A stretch of 64,000 bases of DNA from a bacterium. GTDB taxonomy: Bacteria > Electryoneota > Electryoneia > Electryoneales > Electryoneaceae. Location of the stretch: NCBI GenBank assembly GCA_963675295.2, contig CAXXKJ010000002.1, positions 3,232,001 through 3,296,000 on the forward strand, written 5' to 3'. The translations under genes were made by a program, and so were the position numbers. The notes beneath the pieces were generated by a model. It did not search any database. It had not been told where the DNA came from and saw only the letters and a program-made list of their open reading frames with translations. Below, piece by piece: positions 45,625 to 55,490 of this stretch. The number at the start of each line of letters is the position of its first letter. The first letter of the stretch is position 1.

Positions 45625-46905
45625 ATGACTCGTGCCGATCTAATGCAGGCGTTTGACCGTGTTCGGCAAATGACCGAAACTCTCTGCCAGCCCTTGGAAA
45701 TTGAGGATTATGTTCTGCAGGCGATGGAGGATTCCAGCCCACCGTTATGGAACCTCGCCCACACCAGCTGGTTCTTTGAACAGTTTCTGCTGCGTGATTT
45801 CGAACCGGGCTTCCAGCCGTTCAGCGAGGCGTACCTCTACCTGTTCAACTCGTACTACGTCCAGGCCGGCCCGCGAAATTTGCGGGGACAGCGAGGCATG
45901 ATGTCGCGCCCCACGGTCAAGCAGGTCTATGAATACCGCCGCATCATCGACGAACGCGTGCATGTGTTGCTGGAATCGATCAGCGATGACCAGCTGCCCG
46001 CGGCACGGTTCATTATCATCCTCGGTCTCAACCACGAACAGCAGCACCAGGAATTGTTCCTCACCGACCACAAGTTCAATCTGTCGCTGAATCCGTTGCG
46101 GCCCGTGTACCGTCATGACCTGCACCACGACGCCCCCACCGCTGCCGCCCCGAACAAGCCGAAATATCTTAAGTTCAAGCAGGGTGTCCGTGAGATCGGC
46201 TACAACGGGAACAGCTTCCACTTCGACAACGAACTCCCCGTACACATGACGTTCCTGCATGAGTATGCGTTGCGGTCAACTCTGGTCACCAACCAGGAAT
46301 ACCTCGAGTTCATCGAGGATGGCGGCTACCAACGGCCGGAGTTGTGGTTGTCGGACGGCTGGGCGGTGCGTGAGGAACGAGGTTGGACCGCGCCGTTGTA
46401 CTGGGAGCAACGTGACGGCGAATGGTGGACGTTCACCCTGGGCGGGATGCGCAAAGTGAATCCGGCGGAACCGGTCGTGCATGTCAGCTTCTACGAAGCG
46501 GACGCGTTCGCCAGCTGGGCGGGAAAACGCCTGCCGACCGAGTTCGAATGGGAGAACGCCGCACGTGAGCTGAATCGTGTGCCGGATACCGGGTGGGATA
46601 ATCTGATGGACACCGGTCGTCTCCACCCCGTCGCCGACAGCGGCAGAACGGACGGGCCCCCGCTGTCTCACTTGTTCGGCAACGTCTGGGAATGGACCGG
46701 CAGCGCCTACCGTCCCTACCCCGGATACTATCCGCCGGACGGCGCGATTGGCGAATACAACGGCAAGTTCATGAGCGGTCAGATGGTGCTGCGTGGCGGA
46801 TCGTGCGCGACCCCGTCCGATCACATCCGCGCGTCGTACCGGAATTTCTTCCACCCGGACAAGCGGTGGCAGTTCAGCGGAATTCGGTTGGCGACTGAAG
46901 TGTAA
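45625..46905 (+). CDS. egtB: Ergothioneine biosynthesis sulfoxide synthase
   Basis: LAHTSWFFE, GLNHEQQHQEL (Fe-binding His), FGE-like C-terminal domain (RLPTEFEWE, GNVWEWT), GEYNGKFM. Confidence 0.9.
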   Translation: MTRADLMQAFDRVRQMTETLCQPLEIEDYVLQAMEDSSPPLWNLAHTSWFFEQFLLRDFEPGFQPFSEAYLYLFNSYYVQAGPRNLRGQRGMMSRPTVKQVYEYRRIIDERVHVLLESISDDQLPAARFIIILGLNHEQQHQELFLTDHKFNLSLNPLRPVYRHDLHHDAPTAAAPNKPKYLKFKQGVREIGYNGNSFHFDNELPVHMTFLHEYALRSTLVTNQEYLEFIEDGGYQRPELWLSDGWAVREERGWTAPLYWEQRDGEWWTFTLGGMRKVNPAEPVVHVSFYEADAFASWAGKRLPTEFEWENAARELNRVPDTGWDNLMDTGRLHPVADSGRTDGPPLSHLFGNVWEWTGSAYRPYPGYYPPDGAIGEYNGKFMSGQMVLRGGSCATPSDHIRASYRNFFHPDKRWQFSGIRLATEV

Positions 46906-46971
46906 GACAGTTCTCAGTGCTCAGTTATCAGTGGTCAGTAGGTTGTGCCCATAGCCCAGAGCCCATAGCCC
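46904..46971. repeat. Heptamer-array element between egtB and egtD
   Basis: AAGACAGTTCTCAGTGCTCAGTTATCAGTGGTCAGT...CCCATAGCCCAGAGCCCATAGCCC, closely similar to 16372-16452. Confidence 0.7.
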
Positions 46972-46980
46972 GGAACCATC

Positions 46981-47985
46981 ATGCCCCCGACCTACAGAGT
47001 CTTGACGCCGAACGATCTCGACAGCATCCTCAACCCGCGGCACGAGTTTGCGACAGAGGTGCTGCTCGGCTTGTCGAAGGAACAGAAGAGCCTGCCGTCA
47101 CGGTATTTCTACGATGACACCGGCAGCCACTTGTTCCAGCGGATCATGGAGTTGGAGGAGTATTACCCGACCGGGTGCGAACGGAACATCCTCACGCGAC
47201 ACGCATCCGATTTCACCGATCATGTTGCGACGAAACCGTTCAACCTGATCGACCTCGGGTCCGGTGACGGCAGCAAAACCAACCTCTTCCTCGCGGATAT
47301 GCTCCAACGCAAATGCGACTTCACCTACATCCCGATCGACATCTCGGAAGCCGCGATTCGTGAACAGGGTGTGGAGCTGGAAATGCGTTTCCCGGAATTG
47401 GACGTCGCCGGGATTGTCGCGGAATACTTCAATGGACTGTTATGGCATTCGCAGCATTCGGATCGTCGCAACCTGATCCTGTTTCTCGGCTCGAACATCG
47501 GCAACTTCCACCGCAGCCAGGCGCGCACCTTCATGCGCACCATGTGGAATTTGCTTCAGCCGGGCGATTTGGTGCTGATCGGGTTCGACCTGAAGAAGAA
47601 TATTGACGTGATGGTGCGGGCGTACAACGACAGCCAGGGAGTGACTCGCGAGTTCAACCTCAACTTGCTGCAACGGATCAACACCGAACTCGGCGGCGAT
47701 TTCCAGATCGATAAGTGGAGGCATTACGCCAGCTACCATGTCTTCAGCGGCGCGATGGAAAGCTACCTCGTCAGCCGGGTAGAACAGGAGGTAACCGTCG
47801 AAGCAGTGAATCAGCGATTCCATTTCGACGCCTTCGAGCCGATTCACACCGAATATTCGTACAAGTTCCTCGAATCGGATATTCAGCAGCTCGCGGCGGA
47901 CACCGGCTTCACCATCGTCGAGCAGTATTACGATGACAGGCGCTATTTTGTGGACTCACTGTGGCGGGTGGAAAAAGTGGTGTAA
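46981..47985 (+). CDS. egtD: L-histidine N-alpha-methyltransferase
   Basis: K.LPSRYFYDD.GS.LF..I..L.EYYPT..E, DLGSGDGSKT, FLGSNIGNF, AYNDSQGVT..FNLNLL and IHTEYSYKF motifs. Confidence 0.92.
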   Translation: MPPTYRVLTPNDLDSILNPRHEFATEVLLGLSKEQKSLPSRYFYDDTGSHLFQRIMELEEYYPTGCERNILTRHASDFTDHVATKPFNLIDLGSGDGSKTNLFLADMLQRKCDFTYIPIDISEAAIREQGVELEMRFPELDVAGIVAEYFNGLLWHSQHSDRRNLILFLGSNIGNFHRSQARTFMRTMWNLLQPGDLVLIGFDLKKNIDVMVRAYNDSQGVTREFNLNLLQRINTELGGDFQIDKWRHYASYHVFSGAMESYLVSRVEQEVTVEAVNQRFHFDAFEPIHTEYSYKFLESDIQQLAADTGFTIVEQYYDDRRYFVDSLWRVEKVV

Positions 47986-48095
47986 AACTGGGACGTTTCG
48001 GTCTTTTTGGTAACCACAAAGGTGTTCCACGGGTACTGCGCGAGAGAGTTTCACGTTGTATATTCACCTCCGACCCTAACGGAGCTGAGCCAGGC

Positions 48096-48866
48096 ATGGC
48101 GAAAACGATATCCATCGCAAATCAGAAGGGCGGCGTCGGCAAGACCACCACGGCGGTCAATCTCGCCAGCAGCATCGCGGTTGCGGAGATGAAAACCCTG
48201 CTGGTCGACCTTGATCCTCAGGGCAACGCGACCAGCGGCATGGGGCTGCAGGTGGCAGAGGGGCAGCCTTCGGTGTACGAGGTGATGATCGGCAGCGCTT
48301 CGGCCGAAGAGGCGATTGTCGCGTCCGAGTTGCCGAACCTGTACGTCCTCCCCGCGAGCATCAAGCTGGTCGGTGCGGAAATCGAGCTGGTCGGCATGGT
48401 CGCACGGGAATCGATGCTGCGCAAGGCGTTGGCGGAAGTCAAGGATCGCTACGATTACATCTTCATAGACTCGCCACCGTCCCTCGGCCTGTTGACCTTG
48501 AACGGTCTCACCGCCGCCGATACGATCCTGATCCCGATCCAGTGCGAATACTACGCGCTTGAAGGACTGAGCCAGTTATTGAACACGGTTCGCCTCGTGC
48601 AGAAGCACCTGAACAGCGGTCTCGGCATCGAGGGCGGTCTGTTGACGATGTACGATCACCGTCTCAACTTGTCCCGCCAGGTGGCGGACGACATCCGCAA
48701 GTACTTCGACGGTCGCGTGTTCGAAACGATGATCTACCGCAACGTGCGGCTCAGTGAAGCCCCGAGTTACGGCAAACCCATCCTGTTGTACGACATTACC
48801 AGCCGAGGCGCGGAAAACTATCTCGCCCTCGCGGAGGAACTGCTTTCTCATGACACCCCGGCCTAA
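48096..48866 (+). CDS. parA: Chromosome partitioning ATPase
   Basis: NQKGGVGKTT, DLDPQGNAT, QCEYYALEG and NVRLSEAPSYG motifs. Confidence 0.95.
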   Translation: MAKTISIANQKGGVGKTTTAVNLASSIAVAEMKTLLVDLDPQGNATSGMGLQVAEGQPSVYEVMIGSASAEEAIVASELPNLYVLPASIKLVGAEIELVGMVARESMLRKALAEVKDRYDYIFIDSPPSLGLLTLNGLTAADTILIPIQCEYYALEGLSQLLNTVRLVQKHLNSGLGIEGGLLTMYDHRLNLSRQVADDIRKYFDGRVFETMIYRNVRLSEAPSYGKPILLYDITSRGAENYLALAEELLSHDTPA

Positions 48867-49728
48867 GGGCGGTCTCGGCCGTGGGCTGAGTGCGCTGATC
48901 CCCAACGCGGACGAAACGGAACTGCGCAAGCAGGCGAATGACATCGAGGTGGCGCGAATCCACGCCCGCCCCGATCAGCCGCGTTCTCATTTCGATCCGA
49001 AAGCACTGGAAGAGCTGGTCGAATCGGTCAAGGCGCAGGGTGTGCTGGTGCCGTTGATCGTGACGCCTCGTGACGGTAACTACCTGCTGGTCGCTGGGGA
49101 ACGACGGCTGCGTGCGGCTCGTGCGGCGGGACTGGTTACGGTCCCTTGCCGGGTGATCGAGGATCTCAGCGACCGCGACATCCTTGAGATTTCGCTCGTT
49201 GAAAATTTGCAACGCGAAGACCTCAACCCGGTCGAACTGGCCAAAGGATACCGCCGTCTCATCGAGGAGATGAAGTACACGCAGCAGCAGGTTGCGGAAC
49301 GTGTCGGCAAGGACCGCGCGACGGTCGCGAACACGTTGCGGCTGCTTGCGTTACCGGAACCGGTGCTGCGGATGCTTGTCGACGAAGAGTTGACCCAGGG
49401 CCACGCCCGTGCACTACTCTCGCTGAACGGTGAGGGGTCGCAGGTGTCGATGGCGCGCGCGATCACCGACCACGGACTCAGTGTACGTGAGGTGGAACGG
49501 CGCATCCGCGGCCGCAAATCGGGCAAGAAGGCACCTGCGAAGGACGACAAGAAGCGGCGTGACGACCTCGCGGCGAAGCAGGTTTCGAGCGAGTTGCAGG
49601 AGATTCTCGGCATGCCGGTGAGTGTCAACCATCGTGGCCGAGGCGGGCAGGTGACGATCAAGTACACGTCGCTCGACGATCTCGACCGTGTCATCGCGAT
49701 GTTGCGACGGGGACGCGGCCGGACGTGA
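48850..49728 (+). CDS. parB: Chromosome partitioning protein
   Basis: GLGRGLSALI, QPR..F, GERRLRA and ENLQREDL motifs; HTH (KDRATVANTLRLL). Confidence 0.95.
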   Translation: MTPRPKGGLGRGLSALIPNADETELRKQANDIEVARIHARPDQPRSHFDPKALEELVESVKAQGVLVPLIVTPRDGNYLLVAGERRLRAARAAGLVTVPCRVIEDLSDRDILEISLVENLQREDLNPVELAKGYRRLIEEMKYTQQQVAERVGKDRATVANTLRLLALPEPVLRMLVDEELTQGHARALLSLNGEGSQVSMARAITDHGLSVREVERRIRGRKSGKKAPAKDDKKRRDDLAAKQVSSELQEILGMPVSVNHRGRGGQVTIKYTSLDDLDRVIAMLRRGRGRT

Positions 49729-52469
49729 GAGGCCACATTGCGCAAGCCGCGCTCGAACGGGCGCTGGAACGAACGGCGGAAGCGGACCACACGGTCCGCT
49801 CTCTACTCCGTCCCTTTCAGGATCAAGCAGCTGGAATGCTGGTGCTCGCCACCGGCGGGTATGCCCGTGCCGACCTCGCTCCGTACTCCGACCTCGACAT
49901 TGTCATCGTCCTGAAAGATCCTACCACGCACGAAGAAATCGTCCAGCAATTTGTTCAGGGCTTATGGGACAGCCCGTACAGGCCGGCACAGACCGTGCTC
50001 GCGATGGACGACCTCGATGGCAAACTGTTCACCATTCCCGACCGCGCGTCCTCGCTGCTGGAAACCCGTGTACTGTGGGGTGATGCGGGACTGGCGGATG
50101 AGTACGAACGTATGGTTAACGCGCTCATCAACGAACCTGTCTTTTCGAAGTACGTGCAGCGCAAGACGGAAGAGTTTTTCGCCCGGCGGGAGAAGTATGG
50201 CTGGGTCGCGCGTGTGATCGAACCGCATTTGAAGAACGAAGCGGGCGGATTCCGCGATTTGCACCACGTGCTGTGGCTCGAACGGGCACGCGCGGCCCTG
50301 CACAACCAGTGGAAAGTGCGGCGGCAGCGCGGGAACATGATCCGCTCGTTCGTGTCGCGCCTGAGTCACGGGCACGGCCTCGCCGAATGGGAAGCGGAGG
50401 AGTTGGTCGAAGCGTTCGGCTTCCTGCTCGCAGTCCGGGAGCAGCTGCACGAGCGCCAGAAGCAAAGCGAGGATCGCCTGATTGTCGCCGAACAGGCGTC
50501 AATCGCCTCCACCCTCGGCTATCACGGATCCGAGCGGCAGGTGATGATCGACCTGATGCGTGGCGTCTACCAGTCCACCGAAAAGCACAGCCGTTTCTGT
50601 GAGAAATTCGGCCCACGGTTCGCCGAGGCGGAGATCCTCACCTCTCCCCTGCCACTGTCACGGTCCGCCCACAATGAAACACCAGCCGGAGCAAACCCGC
50701 CGTTCTCAAGCACCGCCGAAGATCTCGCCTCGGATGAGTCTGCCCCGTCCGCAAAAGAGCTGAGCGGGATCAACCACACCGAGATTGACCAGGACTCACT
50801 GAACTCCGGCCTCAACCTGAGCCAACCGCCGTCGGACGGTCCCGACCCACCGGACCTGAACGCCGAGGTGAGCTTCGGACATGTCGACCTGTCGTTGCCA
50901 GCGATCCGTCAGCACGCCAGCGATCCTGGCGCCCTGCTCGACTTGCTTGATTATCTCGCAGACGAGGAATTACTGCTGTCCGGACGGACCCGTCACCGGT
51001 TGCGTCGTGAGCTGCATTTGAATGACGGCCCGCAGCATGATCCGGGCAACTGGGCGATCCCGTTGCAGCGCTGGTTCAACGTGCCCTCCGGATTCTCACG
51101 GCGGCTGCGTCTACTGGACGAACTTGACGCGATCAAGCTGTGGCTGCCGGAGTGGCGTGAGATCGCCGGGCTGACAACCGGGTCGTACTATCACCGTTAC
51201 ACCGTGGATGAACACACTCTCCGCGCGCTCGAGAACCTTGACCACCTGCCAGACACCGGGATCAAGGGCGACCCGGACTCTTTGTGGCAGGACTGTAGCT
51301 TCCGTCCGATGGTCTACCTCGCTCTAATGCTCCACGACATCGCCAAGGGGCGCGGCGACAAGCACTCGGAGAACGGTGCCGACATTGCACGGGAAGCGTT
51401 GACCCGGTTCGGCATGGAACGCTGGAGCGATGGTGTCGCGCGTCTTGTCGAGATCCATCTGCGGATGGAACAGACCGCGTTCCGGCGCGACTTCTCAGAC
51501 CCGGCCGTGATCAAGACGTTCCTCGAGCTTGTCGGGGACGAACGCACGTTGCGTGCGCTGTACATCCTCACGGTCTGTGACTTGAGCGCGGTCCGGTCGG
51601 GTGTCTGGACGTCATGGAAGGGACGGTTGCTGTCAGAACTTTATGTGACCACAATGGATGTTCTCGAGCATGGCCTCGAGGTCCGGAAAGCAACGGTCGA
51701 GCAGGAGGCCGAACGTGTCGCGCCGTTGCTTGAATCCACCGACCACGGACGCGACCGTGCGGAGGAGTTCATCAGCGCGCTGGAGGTGGATTACCGCCGT
51801 TCGGTTCCGGCACAGGAGATCGCCAGCCACCTGGAAACGGTCGAACAACTGCAACGTGGCGAGTTCGAGCACCGCTGGCTGATCGAAACCCATCCGGGGT
51901 ACGTCGTACTCACGCTGATCGATCATGATCGTCCCGGCCTGCTGGCGGAAATCACCGGCCTGCTGACGGTTCAGGGGATCGGCATCCGTGAGGCGCGCAT
52001 CTTCACCCGTCCGGATGGTGTCGTGATTGACCGCTTCCGCTGCGAGGATATCGAACCGACCGAACTGCCGCTGGCGGACCGGTTGAACCAGATCCCGGAA
52101 CGCTGGTCGAAGCTCAAGCAGCGTGAGCTCAAACTGACCGATCTGTTCTTCCGCTTTCAACGCCGCAGCCGGTTCGAACGGTCGAAGGTGGCGCGTGTCG
52201 ATCCGGGAGTGCGTGTACAGCCGACCGTGGAAGGCGCGGTGGTCGATATCAGCGGCGCGGACAGCATCGGGCTGCTGTATCGCTTATGTTCTGTATTGGC
52301 GGAGGAAGGGTACGAGATCCGCAGCGCACGGGTGACCGGCCGGCTGGACGGCATCCACGATTCGTTCCTGATCCGCGACCCGGAGGGCCGTCTGGCGAAC
52401 GATGAGGCGCAGCAGGCGTTGAAGCAGAAATTACAGGAGGCCGCGGATGCGACACTCCTCGCGACATAA
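49725..52469 (+). CDS. glnD: GlnD-like PII uridylyltransferase/uridylyl-removing enzyme
   Basis: GGYAR..LAPYSDLD (NT domain), EPHLKNEAGGFRDLH, HRYTVDEH...LHDIAKG (HD domain), and two ACT domains (DRPGLL, DSIGLL). Confidence 0.85.
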   Translation: MRGHIAQAALERALERTAEADHTVRSLLRPFQDQAAGMLVLATGGYARADLAPYSDLDIVIVLKDPTTHEEIVQQFVQGLWDSPYRPAQTVLAMDDLDGKLFTIPDRASSLLETRVLWGDAGLADEYERMVNALINEPVFSKYVQRKTEEFFARREKYGWVARVIEPHLKNEAGGFRDLHHVLWLERARAALHNQWKVRRQRGNMIRSFVSRLSHGHGLAEWEAEELVEAFGFLLAVREQLHERQKQSEDRLIVAEQASIASTLGYHGSERQVMIDLMRGVYQSTEKHSRFCEKFGPRFAEAEILTSPLPLSRSAHNETPAGANPPFSSTAEDLASDESAPSAKELSGINHTEIDQDSLNSGLNLSQPPSDGPDPPDLNAEVSFGHVDLSLPAIRQHASDPGALLDLLDYLADEELLLSGRTRHRLRRELHLNDGPQHDPGNWAIPLQRWFNVPSGFSRRLRLLDELDAIKLWLPEWREIAGLTTGSYYHRYTVDEHTLRALENLDHLPDTGIKGDPDSLWQDCSFRPMVYLALMLHDIAKGRGDKHSENGADIAREALTRFGMERWSDGVARLVEIHLRMEQTAFRRDFSDPAVIKTFLELVGDERTLRALYILTVCDLSAVRSGVWTSWKGRLLSELYVTTMDVLEHGLEVRKATVEQEAERVAPLLESTDHGRDRAEEFISALEVDYRRSVPAQEIASHLETVEQLQRGEFEHRWLIETHPGYVVLTLIDHDRPGLLAEITGLLTVQGIGIREARIFTRPDGVVIDRFRCEDIEPTELPLADRLNQIPERWSKLKQRELKLTDLFFRFQRRSRFERSKVARVDPGVRVQPTVEGAVVDISGADSIGLLYRLCSVLAEEGYEIRSARVTGRLDGIHDSFLIRDPEGRLANDEAQQALKQKLQEAADATLLAT

Positions 52470-52478
52470 CTCCGTACA

Positions 52479-52580
52479 TGCCCGTGTCTGCTTGCAGACG
52501 CGGACCAACCGTGCCTCCATCACGAGTCGTGCCCGTGTCTGCTTGCAGACGCGGACCAACCGCGACTCCAACAAGAGTCG
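52479..52580. repeat. Two tandem 51-bp REP-like units
   Basis: TGCCCGTGTCTGCTTGCAGACGCGGACCAACCG present twice with a 51-bp period; internal hairpin CGTGTCTGC-tt-GCAGACGCG. Confidence 0.8.
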
Positions 52581-52605
52581 TGTCCATACCGGCTTGCCCC
52601 CGCGG

Positions 52606-53172
52606 ATGATCCCCGCCAGCCGAGCGTTCGCGGGCGTCGTGTCCCTGGCTGTTCTTCTCATCCTGACCGGTTGCGCGGGTGTCAAACCGAAGCCGGAATA
52701 CAACCGGAATCGTGCGAACCCACCGGCCACCTCAACCGACACCGGCCGCAAATCCGCCCCACCCTCGGGCCGAATCGACGAACCGGTCTACACCAACCCC
52801 GGCGGCCCGGACAACCTGGACGCAACCATCGAATCGTGGTGGGGCACACCGTACCGGTACGGCGGCAGCCGCAAGGGATCCGGAGTCGACTGCAGCGCCT
52901 ATGTGCAGCAGGTGTACCGCACGGTCTACAACCTCCCGCTCCCCCGCACCGCCGGCGGCCAGTTCAAGCAGGGTTGGGCGGTCAGCAGGGACGAACTCCG
53001 GCGTGGCGATCTCGTCTTCTTCAACACGTCCGGGAAAGGTGTCTCGCACGTCGGCATCTATCTCGGTGGCGGGATGTTCACGCATGCCAGCAGTTCGGAC
53101 GGCGTTACCATCAACCGGCTCAGCGAATCCTACTATACCAAGCGCTACATGGGCGCGCGACGGGTGCAATAG
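52606..53172 (+). CDS. NlpC/P60 (C40) peptidase lipoprotein
   Basis: LTG-C lipobox; GTPYRYGG, DCS, LPRT..Q, GDLVFF and HVGIY..HAS motifs. Confidence 0.9.
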   Translation: MIPASRAFAGVVSLAVLLILTGCAGVKPKPEYNRNRANPPATSTDTGRKSAPPSGRIDEPVYTNPGGPDNLDATIESWWGTPYRYGGSRKGSGVDCSAYVQQVYRTVYNLPLPRTAGGQFKQGWAVSRDELRRGDLVFFNTSGKGVSHVGIYLGGGMFTHASSSDGVTINRLSESYYTKRYMGARRVQ

Positions 53173-53175
53173 CCC

Positions 53176-54246
53176 ATGGATCATCGCCAGATACAACGCC
53201 CGACGCTCGTCATTGACGAATCCCAGGTCCGTGCGAACATCCGCTGGATGGCGGCCAGGGCGTGTCAAGCCGGGGTGAGTTTCCGTCCGCACTTCAAGAC
53301 GCACCAATCCGCCGAAGTTGGCGAATGGTTCCGGGATGAGGGCGTGGACCGGATCACAGTGTCGTCCTACTCGATGGCACGCTATTTCGTCAGCCACGGC
53401 TGGTCCGACCTCACCCTCGCCTTCCCGTTGAACCTGCGCGAGCTGGACGAGATTGCTCGGCTGGCGTCCACGATCCAGCTCGGTGTGCTGGTCGATTCAG
53501 TAGACGCGGTGCAGGCGTTGACCGAACGAACGCATGCGCCGCTGCAGGTCTGGATCAAGCTGGACACAGGGTACAGCCGCGCCGGAGTGCGCTGGGATCG
53601 AACGGAACTGCTGATCGACCTCGCGTCACGGATCGCGCAGACCGGCCACCTCCGTTTCGCCGGTCTGTTGACGCACAACGGGCACGCGTATCACGTGCAA
53701 GGTGAAGCGGCCATCCGTGCGATCTACCACGAATCGACTACGCGGATGCTCAGCGCCCGTGCGGCGTTGAACGACGCCGGTTTCGCAGACGTGTGTCTGT
53801 CCACCGGCGACACGCCGTGCTGTAGCGTGGTGGACGATTTCCTCGGCGTGGACGAGATCCGGCCCGGCAACTTCGTCTACTACGACCTGATGCAGACTGC
53901 GATGGGATCATGCCCGGACGAACGTGTGGCGGCGGTGGTGGCGTGCCCCGTGGTGGGTGTGTATCCGGAACGGTCGGAGCTGATCCTCTACGGCGGCGCG
54001 GTGCATCTGTCGAAGGAGTCGATCGATCTGGACGGTCGGCCTGTCAACGGCTGCCTTGCTGAAATGGACGGCGACCGGATCACGACGATCCGCCGTGACG
54101 CGCCCGTAATCAGCCTCTCGCAGGAACACGGCAAGGTGCATCTCCCGCCCGACCTGCTCAGCTCCGTGCGCGTCGGCGATCTGGCCTATGTCGTGCCGGT
54201 TCACTCGTGTTTGGCGGTGAGTTGTTTTTCACCGATCAGTATATGA
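53176..54246 (+). CDS. PLP fold-type III enzyme (D-threonine aldolase/D-serine dehydratase-like)
   Basis: RPHFKTH (PLP lysine), DTGY.RAG, HNGH, GDTP, EIRPGNF.YYD, SQEHG and PVHSC motifs. Confidence 0.82.
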   Translation: MDHRQIQRPTLVIDESQVRANIRWMAARACQAGVSFRPHFKTHQSAEVGEWFRDEGVDRITVSSYSMARYFVSHGWSDLTLAFPLNLRELDEIARLASTIQLGVLVDSVDAVQALTERTHAPLQVWIKLDTGYSRAGVRWDRTELLIDLASRIAQTGHLRFAGLLTHNGHAYHVQGEAAIRAIYHESTTRMLSARAALNDAGFADVCLSTGDTPCCSVVDDFLGVDEIRPGNFVYYDLMQTAMGSCPDERVAAVVACPVVGVYPERSELILYGGAVHLSKESIDLDGRPVNGCLAEMDGDRITTIRRDAPVISLSQEHGKVHLPPDLLSSVRVGDLAYVVPVHSCLAVSCFSPISI

Positions 54247-55165
54247 ATCGTGGAAAATATTTATGTGGTTGTGCGTAGCCATCGACACATATGTCATCAA
54301 TCATCTCAAGAATGGTTTCAACGTAAACAGAGTCAATTCCAAGTTCAGAATGTAGAAATGGCGCATCGATTACAAATTCATCAAGATTGTTAACGATTGA
54401 CGCATAATATCTATTACCATAATGCGATACTGAATCACACTCTTCTTCACTATAGTAGAAGGTAAACAGATTTTTCAATATCATTTGATTATACGGATAA
54501 GTCCTCAATACTTTCTTCTGCAAAACAAAATTACTATTATTTATCAGCCATGTATGCCTGATGAAGAGAAGTGAATCCACCGGAGTGGCGGGATTTATCC
54601 GCAACGCAGTGTGTGCCGGCAATTTTCGCGGATTTATCGTAACCGAATCAGTAATATCTACAGTTGGTTCCAGTTCCAATTTCCATACAGATCCATCATT
54701 TGGAATTGGCAGCAAATCACATGCAAATCTAATTTTATAATTATAGTCACCATTATTATTACTTGATATTATTTTATTGAGGTCACCTTCAGGTAAATTC
54801 CTTATTAGAGTATCACCTGTCTCAACTGATGTAAATAATGCGCTAACATATGGTCTTAATTGACTCCATTTTAATGAATCGCCCCACCAAGGACTATTAA
54901 CTTCTGCAGACGGAGCATAGTAGTCAATTCTCATATACGATCGGGTTGTATCCTGTATGTTATCCCATATGATATAATCTGGAAAATCACCATACTCCTC
55001 AGTATAAAATTCTCTTATAGATTGAGGACATAGTTCTGTGTTCGACGGTCCTGCAAAAAATTTTAAAACTAAAACACCTCCATCCTGAAATGGTAATTCC
55101 TGTGCTATCAGAACGCTAGGCAGTATGAATAGAATTACTAGCAATAACCAAACTATCGTTTTCAC
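54236..55165 (-). CDS. AT-rich secreted hypothetical protein
   Basis: 309-aa ORF with GTG start, AAAGGAG RBS and signal peptide; visibly lower GC than its neighbours. Confidence 0.65.
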   Translation of the reverse strand: MKTIVWLLLVILFILPSVLIAQELPFQDGGVLVLKFFAGPSNTELCPQSIREFYTEEYGDFPDYIIWDNIQDTTRSYMRIDYYAPSAEVNSPWWGDSLKWSQLRPYVSALFTSVETGDTLIRNLPEGDLNKIISSNNNGDYNYKIRFACDLLPIPNDGSVWKLELEPTVDITDSVTINPRKLPAHTALRINPATPVDSLLFIRHTWLINNSNFVLQKKVLRTYPYNQMILKNLFTFYYSEEECDSVSHYGNRYYASIVNNLDEFVIDAPFLHSELGIDSVYVETILEMIDDICVDGYAQPHKYFPRFIY

Positions 55166-55490
55166 CTTTGATCTCCTTTTATCGCAGCTTTACCACCTAC
55201 TTGTGTTTATTGGGGACAGACGGTAGTTTTTCAGGATTGAAGGAACATCTTTTATACGTATTCCATATTATACTTCAACCCCTACCGAGCTGAGTTAACA
55301 ACTCGATTCGGACTGTTCGCCCGTTGAGCCAATATACTCATTGTACTTCCATCTCCAGCCTCGGTATGCTGGCTTCCGTGCAATTTGTCCCTTCCTCCCA
55401 CTAGCTCTATTTTCGGCTGAATCCCGTCCGCGTTGGGCAAGCCAACGCGGGCAAGACGACATGCTGCAACACGGACACGACCCGCATCAC

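Noticed and set aside
45625-46905. Selenoneine synthase SenA
   Set aside because: No senB or senC/selD adjacent; the motifs and the egtD neighbour fit EgtB.
48023-48060. parS sites upstream of parA
   Set aside because: Only half-site matches (TGTTCCAC, GTTTCACGT); neither completes the 16-bp palindrome.
52479-52580. Mini CRISPR array
   Set aside because: Only two units; the 18-bp 'spacers' are similar to each other; no cas genes or leader.
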